From NCBI GenBank assembly GCA_947601495.1, contig CANQGE010000001.1, forward strand, positions 31,731 to 95,730: 64,000 nt of DNA, written 5' to 3'. Below the pieces are notes generated by a model. It ran no database searches. It was not told where the DNA came from and saw nothing but the letters and a program-made list of their open reading frames with translations. Below are positions 1-9,678 of this stretch, one piece after another. Positions within the stretch are counted from its first letter, which is position 1, and every line of letters begins with the position of its first letter. Both the position numbers and the translations under genes were made by a program. Source of the stretch: an uncultured Clostridia bacterium (lineage in GTDB: Bacteria > Bacillota > Clostridia > TANB77 > CAG-508).

Positions 1-245
1 ATACCTATTAAATATCCTGTATTAAACGTTGTATCTGCTTTATGATTATAACTTTGAATAGCATCTATTAAAACTATTATTCCTAAAATAATATATATGC
101 CTAATAGCACATATTTTACAACAAATGATTCCTGAATTGTAAGTAATGTCATATCTTGTGGAACCTTTTTTGTAAAAATAACAATTAAAATTCCAAATAA
201 TATGTTAGTAAATGCTAAGCATAAATTTACAATTTTTCCTCTCAT
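1..245 (-). CDS. hypothetical membrane protein, N-terminal part only (gene continues past left edge)
   Basis: ATG (rc of 243-245) lies 7 nt downstream of GAGGA (rc of 253-257). Translation MRGKIVNLCLAFTNILFGILIVIFTKK...LLGIYIILGIIVLIDAI is TM-like. Absent from the ORF track because it is truncated by the window edge. Confidence 0.45.
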   Translation of the reverse strand, partial: MRGKIVNLCLAFTNILFGILIVIFTKKVPQDMTLLTIQESFVVKYVLLGIYIILGIIVLIDAIQSYNHKADTTFNTGYLIG

Positions 246-266
246 TATTTTTTCCTCACGTAAATT

Positions 267-947
267 TTATTTCTTTTGTATTTCTTCAAAAACAGCCTTA
301 TAAATTTCTTCATGTATATCTTCTCTAGTTCTTATTTCATCTTCTTTAACACATTTTATTTCATTCCAATTATATTCTTTTACTAAACTACAAGCTGCAT
401 TATAAGAATCTTCTAAGTGCTTTTGATCTCTTTCATGTATATCTTTTTTACTATCGTGTGTAAATTTGTTTTCTCTATTTGTTATTAACTCTCTAACTTT
501 TTCAGGTGGCATATTTAAGAAAAATACTTTTGTTGGAACTGGAAGTCCAAAAATATTAAATTCTAAATCAAATAACCACTTTAAAAATTTGTCTCTTTCT
601 TTTTTATCAGAAATTTTACCAGCTTGATGAACCATATTAGCTGTTGTATATCTATCTGCTAATATTATTCCATCATTTTCATAATATTGTTTTAAATCTT
701 TTATATATGTTGCATATCTATCTACAGCATAAAAAGTTGAAGCAATATAAGGGCTTATTTCTTTAGCATTTTCTCCAAATTCTCCAGATAAATACATTTT
801 TACAAGTGATGATGAAGGACTATCATAATTTGGAAAACTAACTGTTTTATAACTTATTCCATCTTGCTTTAAATGATTTTTTAGTAACTCAAATTGAGTT
901 TGTTTTCCACTTCCATCTGTTCCATCAATAACAAATAACTTTCCCAT
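267..947 (-). CDS. tmk: thymidylate (dTMP) kinase family protein
   Basis: 226-aa ORF with P-loop IDGTDGSGKQTQ and a DRY-type motif (ILADRYTTANMVHQ). AGGGGA RBS upstream. Confidence 0.8.
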   Translation of the reverse strand: MGKLFVIDGTDGSGKQTQFELLKNHLKQDGISYKTVSFPNYDSPSSSLVKMYLSGEFGENAKEISPYIASTFYAVDRYATYIKDLKQYYENDGIILADRYTTANMVHQAGKISDKKERDKFLKWLFDLEFNIFGLPVPTKVFFLNMPPEKVRELITNRENKFTHDSKKDIHERDQKHLEDSYNAACSLVKEYNWNEIKCVKEDEIRTREDIHEEIYKAVFEEIQKK

Positions 948-957
948 AATATTTCCC

Positions 958-2559
958 CTATTTTTTACTTATTCTATTAAATAATGGTTCTACATTTTCA
1001 AGTTTTAGTCCAGAGCTAACCTCTGTAAATTCCCATTTAGGTTCTTTTAAATCTAAATAGTTTCTAATTTTTTGACAGGCTGTTGGCATAACTGGTTCAA
1101 AAAGATTTGCTAAATTAGCAATAATTATGCTACATGTATAGATAGTATTGTTGAAAGAATCTATATTTTCTTTTCTTGCAACCCAAGGTTTATTTTCATC
1201 ATAAAACTTGTTTCCAAGTTCAACTAAATCCATAACCTTTTTTATTGCTTCTCTAAATTCTAGTTTTTCAATTAATTCGCCAACTTCTTTATATGTTTTT
1301 TCAATATTAACTTTTATTTCTTCATCTAATTTTCCAATAGGAATTTCTTCTAATTCTTTAAATCTTAATGTTCTATTAACTAAATTTCCAAATTTATTTA
1401 ATATTTCGCCATTATGTGTTTTTTCAAAATCTTCTATTGTAAAGTTTGTATCTTTTTTCTCTGGTCCATTTGCTAATAAATGATATCTTAAAGAATCTGA
1501 ATCATACATATCTAATGCTTCTAAGGCTGTCATTCCTATTCCTTTACTCTTAGAAAATTTTTGATCATTAAAATTTAAATATTCTGCTGAAACTATTGTA
1601 TCTACTAAATGGTAGTTTTCTTCTTGTCCTAACAATAAGGCATTTAAAATTATGCTATGGAACATAATGTTATCTTTTCCATGGCACATATATATTTTAT
1701 TATTATGTCCTTCTTTCCAAAAATCTTCCCATGTGCAGTCTGTTCTATTTTCACATAGTTTCATTGTATCTGTAAGATATCCCAAAACTGCATCAATCCA
1801 AACATACATTCTTTTATCTTCATAACCTGGAATAGGAATATCTACTCCCCAATTTAAATCTCTAGTAACAGCTCTATCCATTAAGCCTTGTTTTAAATAT
1901 TTTAAAGTTTCATTTTGAGCATTTATTCTCCATTCACCTTTTACTTTTTCTGTATGCTCTTCTATTTGTTTTTGAAATTTTGAAAGAGCTAAATATAAAA
2001 CTTTATTATTTCTCTCAGAAACTTTTGAACCACATTCAATACAATTTCCTGTTTTTAATTCTTCGTTTGTTGGAACATGAAGACAATTATCACATTGGTC
2101 ACCTTTAGTTTCTGCACCACATTCAGGACAAGTAAGAACAATTTCTCTATCTGATAAGAACTTACCACATGTTTCACAATATGTTTGTGGTTCTATTTTT
2201 TCATAAATATATCCATTATCATATAATTTTTTAAATAATATTTTTACTTTTTCTTTATGATATTCATCAAAAGTTCTTGAATATAAATCATAAGAAAATT
2301 GATAACCCTTAAAGATTTTGTTAAATTCTTCATCATATTTACTTGCTATTTGTTTTGGTGAAATTTTTTCTTTTCTTGCTCTTTCAGTAATTGGAGTTCC
2401 ATGGCAATCTGATCCAGAAACATAAAGAACATTTTCTCCTTTTAGTCTATAATATCTTGCCAAGAAATCTCCTGATATAAGTCCAGCAATATGTCCTAAA
2501 TGCAAAGAGCTATTTGCATATGGCCATGCTCCACCTATAAGTATATTTTTTCTATTCAT
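958..2559 (-). CDS. metG: methionyl-tRNA synthetase
   Basis: 533-aa ORF with a class I HIGH-type motif (SLHLGHIAG) and a KMSKS-type loop (KFSKSKG). Four CxxC zinc knuckles (CETCGK, CPECGA, CDNC, CIECGS) are typical of MetRS. GGAGA RBS. Confidence 0.95.
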   Translation of the reverse strand: MNRKNILIGGAWPYANSSLHLGHIAGLISGDFLARYYRLKGENVLYVSGSDCHGTPITERARKEKISPKQIASKYDEEFNKIFKGYQFSYDLYSRTFDEYHKEKVKILFKKLYDNGYIYEKIEPQTYCETCGKFLSDREIVLTCPECGAETKGDQCDNCLHVPTNEELKTGNCIECGSKVSERNNKVLYLALSKFQKQIEEHTEKVKGEWRINAQNETLKYLKQGLMDRAVTRDLNWGVDIPIPGYEDKRMYVWIDAVLGYLTDTMKLCENRTDCTWEDFWKEGHNNKIYMCHGKDNIMFHSIILNALLLGQEENYHLVDTIVSAEYLNFNDQKFSKSKGIGMTALEALDMYDSDSLRYHLLANGPEKKDTNFTIEDFEKTHNGEILNKFGNLVNRTLRFKELEEIPIGKLDEEIKVNIEKTYKEVGELIEKLEFREAIKKVMDLVELGNKFYDENKPWVARKENIDSFNNTIYTCSIIIANLANLFEPVMPTACQKIRNYLDLKEPKWEFTEVSSGLKLENVEPLFNRISKK

Positions 2560-2590
2560 TAATTTTCTCCTTTTTTAATTTCAAGTTATT

Positions 2591-3967
2591 CTAATATCTC
2601 CTGCCATAAGGGTCTGATGGTCCCAAAACATGTAGTTCTTCTTCATCTTCTTCGTCTTTACTTTGTGGTTTTTCTGCTGGTTTTTCTGTTGGTGTTTCTT
2701 CAGGTGTTTCTTCTTTTACTTCTTCTTCAGCTTCTGATTTTTCTCTTGCTTCTATTTTGTCCATTATTTCGTCTCTTTTGCCCATATCTGTTTCAATTTC
2801 TGATCTAATTGTAGGAAGTTTTAATCCATATTTATCAAATAATTTTAATCTATCATCATTGATTTCTTGCATTTTTTCGATTTTTTCTGCTTTTGAAAGA
2901 TTTGTAACATTTTTTATTGAATCTTGTTTATTTTCTAATTCTTCTAAGTTTTGTGCCAATAATTCCTTGTCTTCTCTTCTTAAGTCTCTAGGTTCAGTAA
3001 CTAAATCTGCAACTATTTGATGCCCGTCCATATCTTTATAATATACTTTCGTACCTTTATCTTCCGCATTATCAACTACAGAAGCAGTTTTATATTCATC
3101 CATTACTTTTGTTGCATCTTCATCATATCTTCTTTCATCTATAACTCTTTCACCTTGTACAAATACTATTCTGTCATTTCCTGTTGAAATATCTCCACTA
3201 GAAAAAGCTAAACAATAAACTGGTCCACCATTATCTTGTAATCCTGCTGTATCAATTAATTGATCTGAAATGCTAGAAGGATTTCTTGCTATTAAAACAT
3301 GTTTTAAAGTTGCACCTTCTCTTTCTTTTATTTCATCTACTTTATCTTTTACATTTTCTGGTATGTTTACTTCTTCTTCCTCTTTTTCTTCTTCTGAAAG
3401 TTCTGCATCTTTTTCCTTAGTTTCTTCTTCCTTACCTTTATCTCTTTCCTCTTCTTCTCTATCTATTTCTTTTACTTGAAGATTTGGATTATTTTCTTTT
3501 ATTTTTTTAATAGTTTCTTCTTCATTTTCGGGAATTAATGTATCTTCTGCTATTTGTTTTTCCATTTCTTCTGGGGAATCTGGAAATAATGCATTTTCGA
3601 CTTCTTCTACTGATACATTTGCTTCAACTGCATATTTAAATACTTGTTTTTTCATTCGTGGAGTTAGCATAAAATTTTGTGAGTTTTCATCATCACCAAT
3701 AAAATCAACAGCCATATCTTCACCTTTGTCATTTACAGTTAATATTTGTGTTTCTCCATTTGGTAACAATATTTGAACTTTTCCAATTTTTTCTACTGTT
3801 CCGTCTCTTTTTTGAATTTCTTTTACTTCTACTAAATCAATATTAGATGGATCTATATCTCTTACCCTCATAGTTTTTTTACCATCTGATGATACATATG
3901 TATCTGCATTTTCATAAACTTTTGCAAGTAAAAATTGTCTTTGTAAATAATTATCTATATCGTTCAT
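2591..3967 (-). CDS. hypothetical, highly acidic protein
   Basis: 458-aa ORF with an AAGGAGA RBS. It has long E/D/K-rich blocks, no signal peptide or TM segment, and no motif I recognise. Confidence 0.6.
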   Translation of the reverse strand: MNDIDNYLQRQFLLAKVYENADTYVSSDGKKTMRVRDIDPSNIDLVEVKEIQKRDGTVEKIGKVQILLPNGETQILTVNDKGEDMAVDFIGDDENSQNFMLTPRMKKQVFKYAVEANVSVEEVENALFPDSPEEMEKQIAEDTLIPENEEETIKKIKENNPNLQVKEIDREEEERDKGKEEETKEKDAELSEEEKEEEEVNIPENVKDKVDEIKEREGATLKHVLIARNPSSISDQLIDTAGLQDNGGPVYCLAFSSGDISTGNDRIVFVQGERVIDERRYDEDATKVMDEYKTASVVDNAEDKGTKVYYKDMDGHQIVADLVTEPRDLRREDKELLAQNLEELENKQDSIKNVTNLSKAEKIEKMQEINDDRLKLFDKYGLKLPTIRSEIETDMGKRDEIMDKIEAREKSEAEEEVKEETPEETPTEKPAEKPQSKDEEDEEELHVLGPSDPYGRRY

Positions 3968-4092
3968 ATTTAGTCTCCTTTGATTTTAAATTTATATTTA
4001 TATTATATAAGTATATTTTTACAATTTCAACAATTTTATTAACTTTTTAATAACAAAATTGCTTATTTTAAAATTTTTATATCTCATATTCT

Positions 4093-4131
4093 ATAAAAAA
4101 ACCTAAATTGAAAAAACATCAATTTAGGTTT
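4093..4131 (-). terminator. rho-independent terminator after the 1135-aa gene
   Basis: Perfect 12-bp stem AACCTAAATTGA / TCAATTTAGGTT (4100-4111 / 4119-4130), followed by a U-run on the minus strand. Confidence 0.8.
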
Positions 4132-4136
4132 TATTT

Positions 4137-7100
4137 TTATAAGTTTTTATTGTATTTTGTTTTAGGATATAAATTATCACCTAATAGTTCTTCTTCTATT
4201 CTAGCTTCTTCTTTTTGCTTTTCTCTTTCTTCTTCTCTTTGCTTTCTTATTTCCTCTTGTTTTCTCATTTTTTCTTCTTTTAGTTTTTGTCTTTCAATTT
4301 TTCTTTTTTCAGCTTTTTCTTTTCTTAGTTTATTTCTTTCTTCCCTTAATTTTCTTTGTTCTTCTTGTTTTTCTTTTTTATCTATAGATAATATATTTTC
4401 CTCATCTTTTTCTATTTCATACATTCCAGAATTTTCTGTTTCTGCACTCTCAACATCAATATCGCTTTTACTATCGAATTTTTCTATAATGCTTTCATAA
4501 AATTGCCTATTTTCCATTGATTTGTTAAACTCTTCTTCAGTTTTAAATTTTGAATCAATTTCATATATTTTTGAGAAATGAATCATAGATAATTTATCTG
4601 TTATGTTTATTCTATTTGTAAGCCAAATATTATTTAACTTATATTCAAGTTCAATATTAGATTCTTTTAATTCAGCTATTCTTAATCTTTTACATCTTAA
4701 ATCATATTCTTCTGATTTTTCATCTGGAAGTCTATCATAATTTTTTGACATACAATAAGCATAAGTATCTGCTCTATTAGAAACTACTTTTTCTTTTATC
4801 CAAACAGAATCATCATAATCGCAAAGAGTTGTATAAACTAAGGTATCTATTCTTTGAGCTTGCCTTTTGGTTATACCATATAATCCCATTAAGCCTTGCA
4901 TTCTATCACGTATTAGTGAAGGAGAATAATGTTTTTTCTCAAATCCGTCGTTTTTATCTATTCCTCGTATAATTTTTTCTACAAATATTTTTTCACTAAA
5001 TACTCTACAATATCCCTCTTCTGCATCAACAAAAATTAATACTGCACCATTTTTTTTGTTTGTTTCTACATTTTTTTTATCTTTTTTATGTTCTTTTTTT
5101 AATTCTCTTCTCTCTGCTTTTGCTCTTTCTAATTCTCTTTTCTCTGTTTCTCTTCTTTCTGCCTCTTGTTTTTCTTTTTCACGTTTTTCTATTTCTCTTT
5201 TTTCTGCTTCTATTCTTTCTTGTTCTATTCTTTCATTCTTTTTTGCTTCTAATTCTTTATTGTTCTCTTTTAAAATAGTTTCATTTTTTTCTTTCTGAAT
5301 ATTTTTAAAATCATTCTTTTTATTTATTTCATTTTCATTTTGAAATTCATCAAAAGTTTCCTGACCTTCGTAAGTATCTGAATTATTTTCTTTCTCTACA
5401 TCTAAATTTTCATCTAAGCTGTCAAATGATAATTGTGTGTTTTCTTCAGTTTCAATGTTGTTTAGATATATTTTGTCAAATTCTTTTTCTTTTTTTCTTT
5501 CTTCTATTTTTTCTTTAATACCTAATCCAAAATTTACTGTACTTGTTTTTACTTTATTAAAAGAGTTACTTACTACAGCTACGGTTTTTTCTTTTAAATT
5601 TTTTAATGATTTTGCAATATTTTCAAAATAATTATTAACTTTAAAACTTGATTCTGCATTATTAACTCTATTAGAAGAATTATTTATTAAAACAATGTTG
5701 TTTACATTTGTTTTTTTAGGATTTTTATTATAAATATTATTTTTATCTACAATTTCAATTTCTGGAATTATTGTTTTTATACTATCTTCTATATTGATAA
5801 TTTTTTCTTTATTTTCATTATTAGTTTTATCGTTTAAGTTTTCTTTACTTTCTGCTTTTTGCTCTTCCTTTTTATTATCATTATCTTTTACTTCGTTTGA
5901 CTCATCTTTTTCTTCTTTTTTATCTTTATTTTTATTTTCAATTTTATTTTCTTTATCTTCTAACTTATTATTATCTAATTTTTCTACGATAACTTCTTCT
6001 TTATTTTCAGACTGCTTTTTCTGTTCTATTTTATCTATTTTTGCTGCCATAAGAAGTTTTTGTTTTTTCTCTTCTTGTTTTTCTTTCGCAAAATCTTTTA
6101 ATTTATTAATTAGATTTTTTAAATTTTCTATAATTTTAGAAACGTTTAATTTTAAAAATGAAAATACTTTAATAGAAGTTGTTTTTATGTCTTGGAAAGA
6201 TATTTTTCTTCTAAATTTAGTTTTGTTTATTATAATTCCCATTGGATTTCCACCAACATTTTGAATATCTTTCTTAGCTTTAAATAAATCCTCTTTTTTA
6301 GTTTTCTTATAGTCCGATACTATTATTGTTGAATTAACAGCTCTAGTTAAAATTAAAGAATTCATATTGTTTAACACAGAAGTTCCATCTATTAAAACTA
6401 AATCATAAAAAACACTTAAGTCTTTTATTAATTCTTGTAATCTTTCAGAAGTAAGCAATTCTGTTGAATTTGGTGGTACTGTTCCTGAAGTAATCAAATT
6501 TAAATTTTTTATTCCTGTTTCATTTATAAAATTGTTTGTAAGTTTTTTTATTTCCATTCCATTAGAATCTAAACTTGATAAGTAATTAGAAAATCCAAGA
6601 TTGTTTGGTATGTTAAATATTTTATTTTGTCTACCATTTTGCATATCTGAATCTATTATTATTACTTTTTTTCCACTTTCTGCAAAAATTACACCAAGAT
6701 TAGCTGTAATGTAACTTTTTCCTTCACCATCTAAAGGACTTGTTATAAGTATTATGTTTTTCTCTTTATTATTAACGTTTATAAATTGAATATTAGTTCT
6801 AAGATTTCTAAATGCTTTTAAAGTTATTGATTTGCTTCCTGAAGTAGTTGATATTAATTCATTTTTAATTTTATTTGATTTATTTTTTTTGCAATTTATT
6901 AAAGGAATTTCAATTAATTTTTTTAAATTTATTTCATTATCGATGTTCTCATTAATTTTAATATTTCTGTCTATAATCGCTACAGCAAAAATATAACCAG
7001 AGCTTACTAAAATACCAATTATAAGAGAAATAAACGCACATAATATTATTGAAATATTTGTTGTAACTTTATTTATATGAGGACTATCAACTATATATAT

Positions 7101-7544
7101 TTCTCTATTTTCATACATTTCATCTAGTTTATCTGAAAGAATATCTATCAATTTTTGGTTTTCTTTTATTGAATTATTTTCATCAGTATTTTTTACTTGA
7201 ATTTGAAATGTATCTGAATTTGAATTTATTTTTATATCTATGCCTTTTCTTAGTTCTTTATTGCTTAAATTCAAATTTAAATCATCTTTTATTTTTTGAA
7301 TAGAGGAATCACTTTTTAATAGTTCTTTAAAAGTATGTATAAGTTTGGAAGTAATTTCTATGTTTTCTCTACTTTCGCTTTGTCCATTTTCAGTTACTTC
7401 TGATTTTATTAATAAAGCTTTTGATACTGAAATATATTCTTTTTTACTTAAGCATAGAGAAAGAACTATACCAATAATTAGTATAGATATTACAATTAAT
7501 ATTACATGTATTTTCTTTTCTTTTAATTTTTCCAAAAATATCAT
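4137..7544 (-). CDS. fused Wzz-like chain-length module + BY (bacterial tyrosine) kinase P-loop domain with long C-terminal extension
   Basis: 1135-aa ORF with two TM segments (aa ~12-32 and ~165-190) bracketing a Wzz-like loop. BY-kinase motifs follow: Walker A SPLDGEGKS, Walker A' VIIIDSDM, Walker B DLVLIDGTS. After that come ~650 aa of K/E/N-rich low complexity, one globular region (aa ~830-1035) and a charged coiled-coil tail. Confidence 0.7.
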   Translation of the reverse strand: MIFLEKLKEKKIHVILIVISILIIGIVLSLCLSKKEYISVSKALLIKSEVTENGQSESRENIEITSKLIHTFKELLKSDSSIQKIKDDLNLNLSNKELRKGIDIKINSNSDTFQIQVKNTDENNSIKENQKLIDILSDKLDEMYENREIYIVDSPHINKVTTNISIILCAFISLIIGILVSSGYIFAVAIIDRNIKINENIDNEINLKKLIEIPLINCKKNKSNKIKNELISTTSGSKSITLKAFRNLRTNIQFINVNNKEKNIILITSPLDGEGKSYITANLGVIFAESGKKVIIIDSDMQNGRQNKIFNIPNNLGFSNYLSSLDSNGMEIKKLTNNFINETGIKNLNLITSGTVPPNSTELLTSERLQELIKDLSVFYDLVLIDGTSVLNNMNSLILTRAVNSTIIVSDYKKTKKEDLFKAKKDIQNVGGNPMGIIINKTKFRRKISFQDIKTTSIKVFSFLKLNVSKIIENLKNLINKLKDFAKEKQEEKKQKLLMAAKIDKIEQKKQSENKEEVIVEKLDNNKLEDKENKIENKNKDKKEEKDESNEVKDNDNKKEEQKAESKENLNDKTNNENKEKIINIEDSIKTIIPEIEIVDKNNIYNKNPKKTNVNNIVLINNSSNRVNNAESSFKVNNYFENIAKSLKNLKEKTVAVVSNSFNKVKTSTVNFGLGIKEKIEERKKEKEFDKIYLNNIETEENTQLSFDSLDENLDVEKENNSDTYEGQETFDEFQNENEINKKNDFKNIQKEKNETILKENNKELEAKKNERIEQERIEAEKREIEKREKEKQEAERRETEKRELERAKAERRELKKEHKKDKKNVETNKKNGAVLIFVDAEEGYCRVFSEKIFVEKIIRGIDKNDGFEKKHYSPSLIRDRMQGLMGLYGITKRQAQRIDTLVYTTLCDYDDSVWIKEKVVSNRADTYAYCMSKNYDRLPDEKSEEYDLRCKRLRIAELKESNIELEYKLNNIWLTNRINITDKLSMIHFSKIYEIDSKFKTEEEFNKSMENRQFYESIIEKFDSKSDIDVESAETENSGMYEIEKDEENILSIDKKEKQEEQRKLREERNKLRKEKAEKRKIERQKLKEEKMRKQEEIRKQREEEREKQKEEARIEEELLGDNLYPKTKYNKNL

Positions 7545-7639
7545 TTTTTTCCTCTCTTATCTACTAAATAAAAAATAAAAGACGCAAATAAAAATTATTC
7601 ACATCTTTTGTATGGTATTTTCTTATAAAATTCTTAATC

Positions 7640-7668
7640 ATTATAGCAAACTTTCTTTAAAAATTCAA
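7640..7668 (-). promoter_or_regulatory. sigma-A type promoter for the Wzz/BY-kinase gene
   Basis: On the minus strand: TTGAAT (rc of 7663-7668), a 17-nt spacer, then TATAAT (rc of 7640-7645), about 90 nt upstream of the start codon. Confidence 0.45.
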
Positions 7669-7783
7669 TACTTTTAAAGTATTTATTTAAAAATTTTTAT
7701 GCTAATTTTGACATCTTATTTTTTAAAGTTTACTATTTTTATAGATTACTATTTAAACTCTGTTTTAAAACAATTGGAACGCC

Positions 7784-7810
7784 AAAAAGCACACTGTAAA
7801 GTGTGCCTTT
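7784..7810 (-). terminator. rho-independent terminator after the 142-aa surface protein gene
   Basis: Stem GCACACT / AGTGTGC with a 4-nt loop, followed by UUUUU on the minus strand. Confidence 0.75.
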
Positions 7811-7834
7811 TATATTTTAAAAATTAATTTCTAA

Positions 7835-8263
7835 TTAAACATTATAATCTGATACTTTCTTATAAGCATATAATGCTGAAGCAACAAGTGCAATTGTTAC
7901 AAATACCATAGATGATCCATTTCCTGCATATGGTAATGAAGAACTTACTTTATTTGTGTTTGAATTTGTTGAATTAGTATTACTAGAAGTATTAGTGTTT
8001 GTGTTGTTTACTGTATTATTAGCACTTGGTGAACCAACTGTTGCTGGAATAAGTGTTCCGTTTGTGTTTGAATTTGTGTTCTCATCTGTAGCTTCATTAT
8101 TAACTGCTCCTGCTTCTTCGTTTGTTGAAGTTGTATTTGTATCTGCAACTAATTGTTGACCTTCTGTAGCAGAAACTAATGAACTTATACTAGCAAATGT
8201 GAAAGTTATTAATACGATAAGTACTAAACTTACTAAAAATTTTTCTTTTCTTAATTTAACCAT
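7835..8263 (-). CDS. small secreted N/T/S-rich protein with LPxAG-type C-terminal sorting signal
   Basis: 142 aa with an N-terminal signal/TM segment (LVSLVLIVLITFTFASISSLVSA) and a low-complexity Asn/Thr/Ser spacer. The C-terminus reads LPYAG + hydrophobic stretch (SSMVFVTIALVASALYAY) + KK, the layout of a sortase substrate. Confidence 0.6.
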   Translation of the reverse strand: MVKLRKEKFLVSLVLIVLITFTFASISSLVSATEGQQLVADTNTTSTNEEAGAVNNEATDENTNSNTNGTLIPATVGSPSANNTVNNTNTNTSSNTNSTNSNTNKVSSSLPYAGNGSSMVFVTIALVASALYAYKKVSDYNV

Positions 8264-8397
8264 TTTTCCATCTCCCTATTACTTAACATCTGAACATATT
8301 ATAACATTACGATATATTCAATGCAAGTATTTTTTGTATTTTTTTGTTTTTTAATATTCTTGAAATATTGTAATATTTTTGTAATATTTGTCGTTTT

Positions 8398-9492
8398 TTA
8401 GACATTAAACTTAAATAAAACAATATCTCCATCTTTCATTACATAATCCTTACCTTCTGATCTAACTAATCCTTTTTCTCTAGCTTGAACCATTGATCCT
8501 GAAGCACTCATTAAATCATCATATGATACAACTTCTGCTTTAATAAATCCTCTTTCTATGTCTGAATGTATTTTTCCAGCTGCTTGAGGAGCCTTTGTGC
8601 CTATTTTTATTGTCCATGCTCTAACCTCCGGTTCTCCAGCTGTTAAGAAAGACATTAATCCTAATAATTTATAGCTTGCTTTTATTAATTTATCTAATCC
8701 TGATTCTTTAAGTCCAAGTGCTTCAAGCATTTCTTGTTTTTCATCTTTTTCTAAAGAACTTAATTCTTCTTCAATTTTTACACAAAGTGAAATAACTTCA
8801 GCTCCTTCTTTAGAAGCGTACTCTATAACTTTCTTTACATTTTCATTAGAATTTGGATTTTCTATTTCACTTTCTGAAATATTTGCAACATAAAGTACTG
8901 GCTTCATAGTTAGTAAAAAGCTTTCTCTTAAAACTTCTTTTTCTTCATCTGTATAGTTTAATGTTCTTGCGCATTTTCCAGAATTTAAAGTTTCTTTTAC
9001 TTTTTCCAAAGTATCTATTTCAAATTGATATTTTTTATCAGCTTTTAAAAGTTTTTTTGCTCTTTCTAGTCTTTTTTCTATTGTTTCCAAATCTGCAAAA
9101 ATTAATTCAAGATTTATTGTTTCAATATCACGAACTGGATCAACACTTCCATCAACATGTACTATATTGTCGTTTTCAAAACATCTAACTACTTGAATTA
9201 TGCTATCTACTTCTCTAATGTGTGATAAAAACTTGTTTCCTAAGCCCTCACCTTTACTAGCTCCTCTTACTAAACCTGCTATATCAACAAATTCTACAAT
9301 TGCATTTGTTACTTTTTGAGGTTTATAAATTTCTGCTAGTTTTTCTAATCTTTCATCTGGTACTGCTACTACTCCAACGTTTGGTTCTATTGTACAAAAT
9401 GGATAATTTGCACATTCTGCACCTGCATTTGTTATGCTATTAAATAGCGTACTTTTTCCTACATTAGGAAGTCCAACAATTCCTATTTTCAT
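8398..9492 (-). CDS. ychF: ribosome-binding ATPase YchF
   Basis: 364 aa with G1 motif GLPNVGKSTLFN, an OBG-type GTPase core and the conserved C-terminal YchF domain (...VRAWTIKIGTKAPQAAGKIHSDIERGFI...). Confidence 0.95.
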   Translation of the reverse strand: MKIGIVGLPNVGKSTLFNSITNAGAECANYPFCTIEPNVGVVAVPDERLEKLAEIYKPQKVTNAIVEFVDIAGLVRGASKGEGLGNKFLSHIREVDSIIQVVRCFENDNIVHVDGSVDPVRDIETINLELIFADLETIEKRLERAKKLLKADKKYQFEIDTLEKVKETLNSGKCARTLNYTDEEKEVLRESFLLTMKPVLYVANISESEIENPNSNENVKKVIEYASKEGAEVISLCVKIEEELSSLEKDEKQEMLEALGLKESGLDKLIKASYKLLGLMSFLTAGEPEVRAWTIKIGTKAPQAAGKIHSDIERGFIKAEVVSYDDLMSASGSMVQAREKGLVRSEGKDYVMKDGDIVLFKFNV

Positions 9493-9562
9493 ATTTTACC
9501 TTCTTTTTTAATATATATTTTATTGTATTATAATTTATTTTAAGTTTTAATTAAAATAAAAA

Positions 9563-9638
<76 letters not shown>

Positions 9639-9678
9639 ATCTTTTCATAAAAATACATGGCATAAAATATGCCATATA

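Noticed and set aside
4200-6100. Repetitive-looking DNA (TTCTTT/TCTCTT-rich stretches at about 4200-4400, 5050-5300 and 5800-6000), considered as possible tandem repeat or CRISPR-like arrays.
   Set aside because: These are the antisense of K/E-rich coding sequence within one continuous 1135-aa ORF. There is no fixed repeat unit or spacer periodicity.
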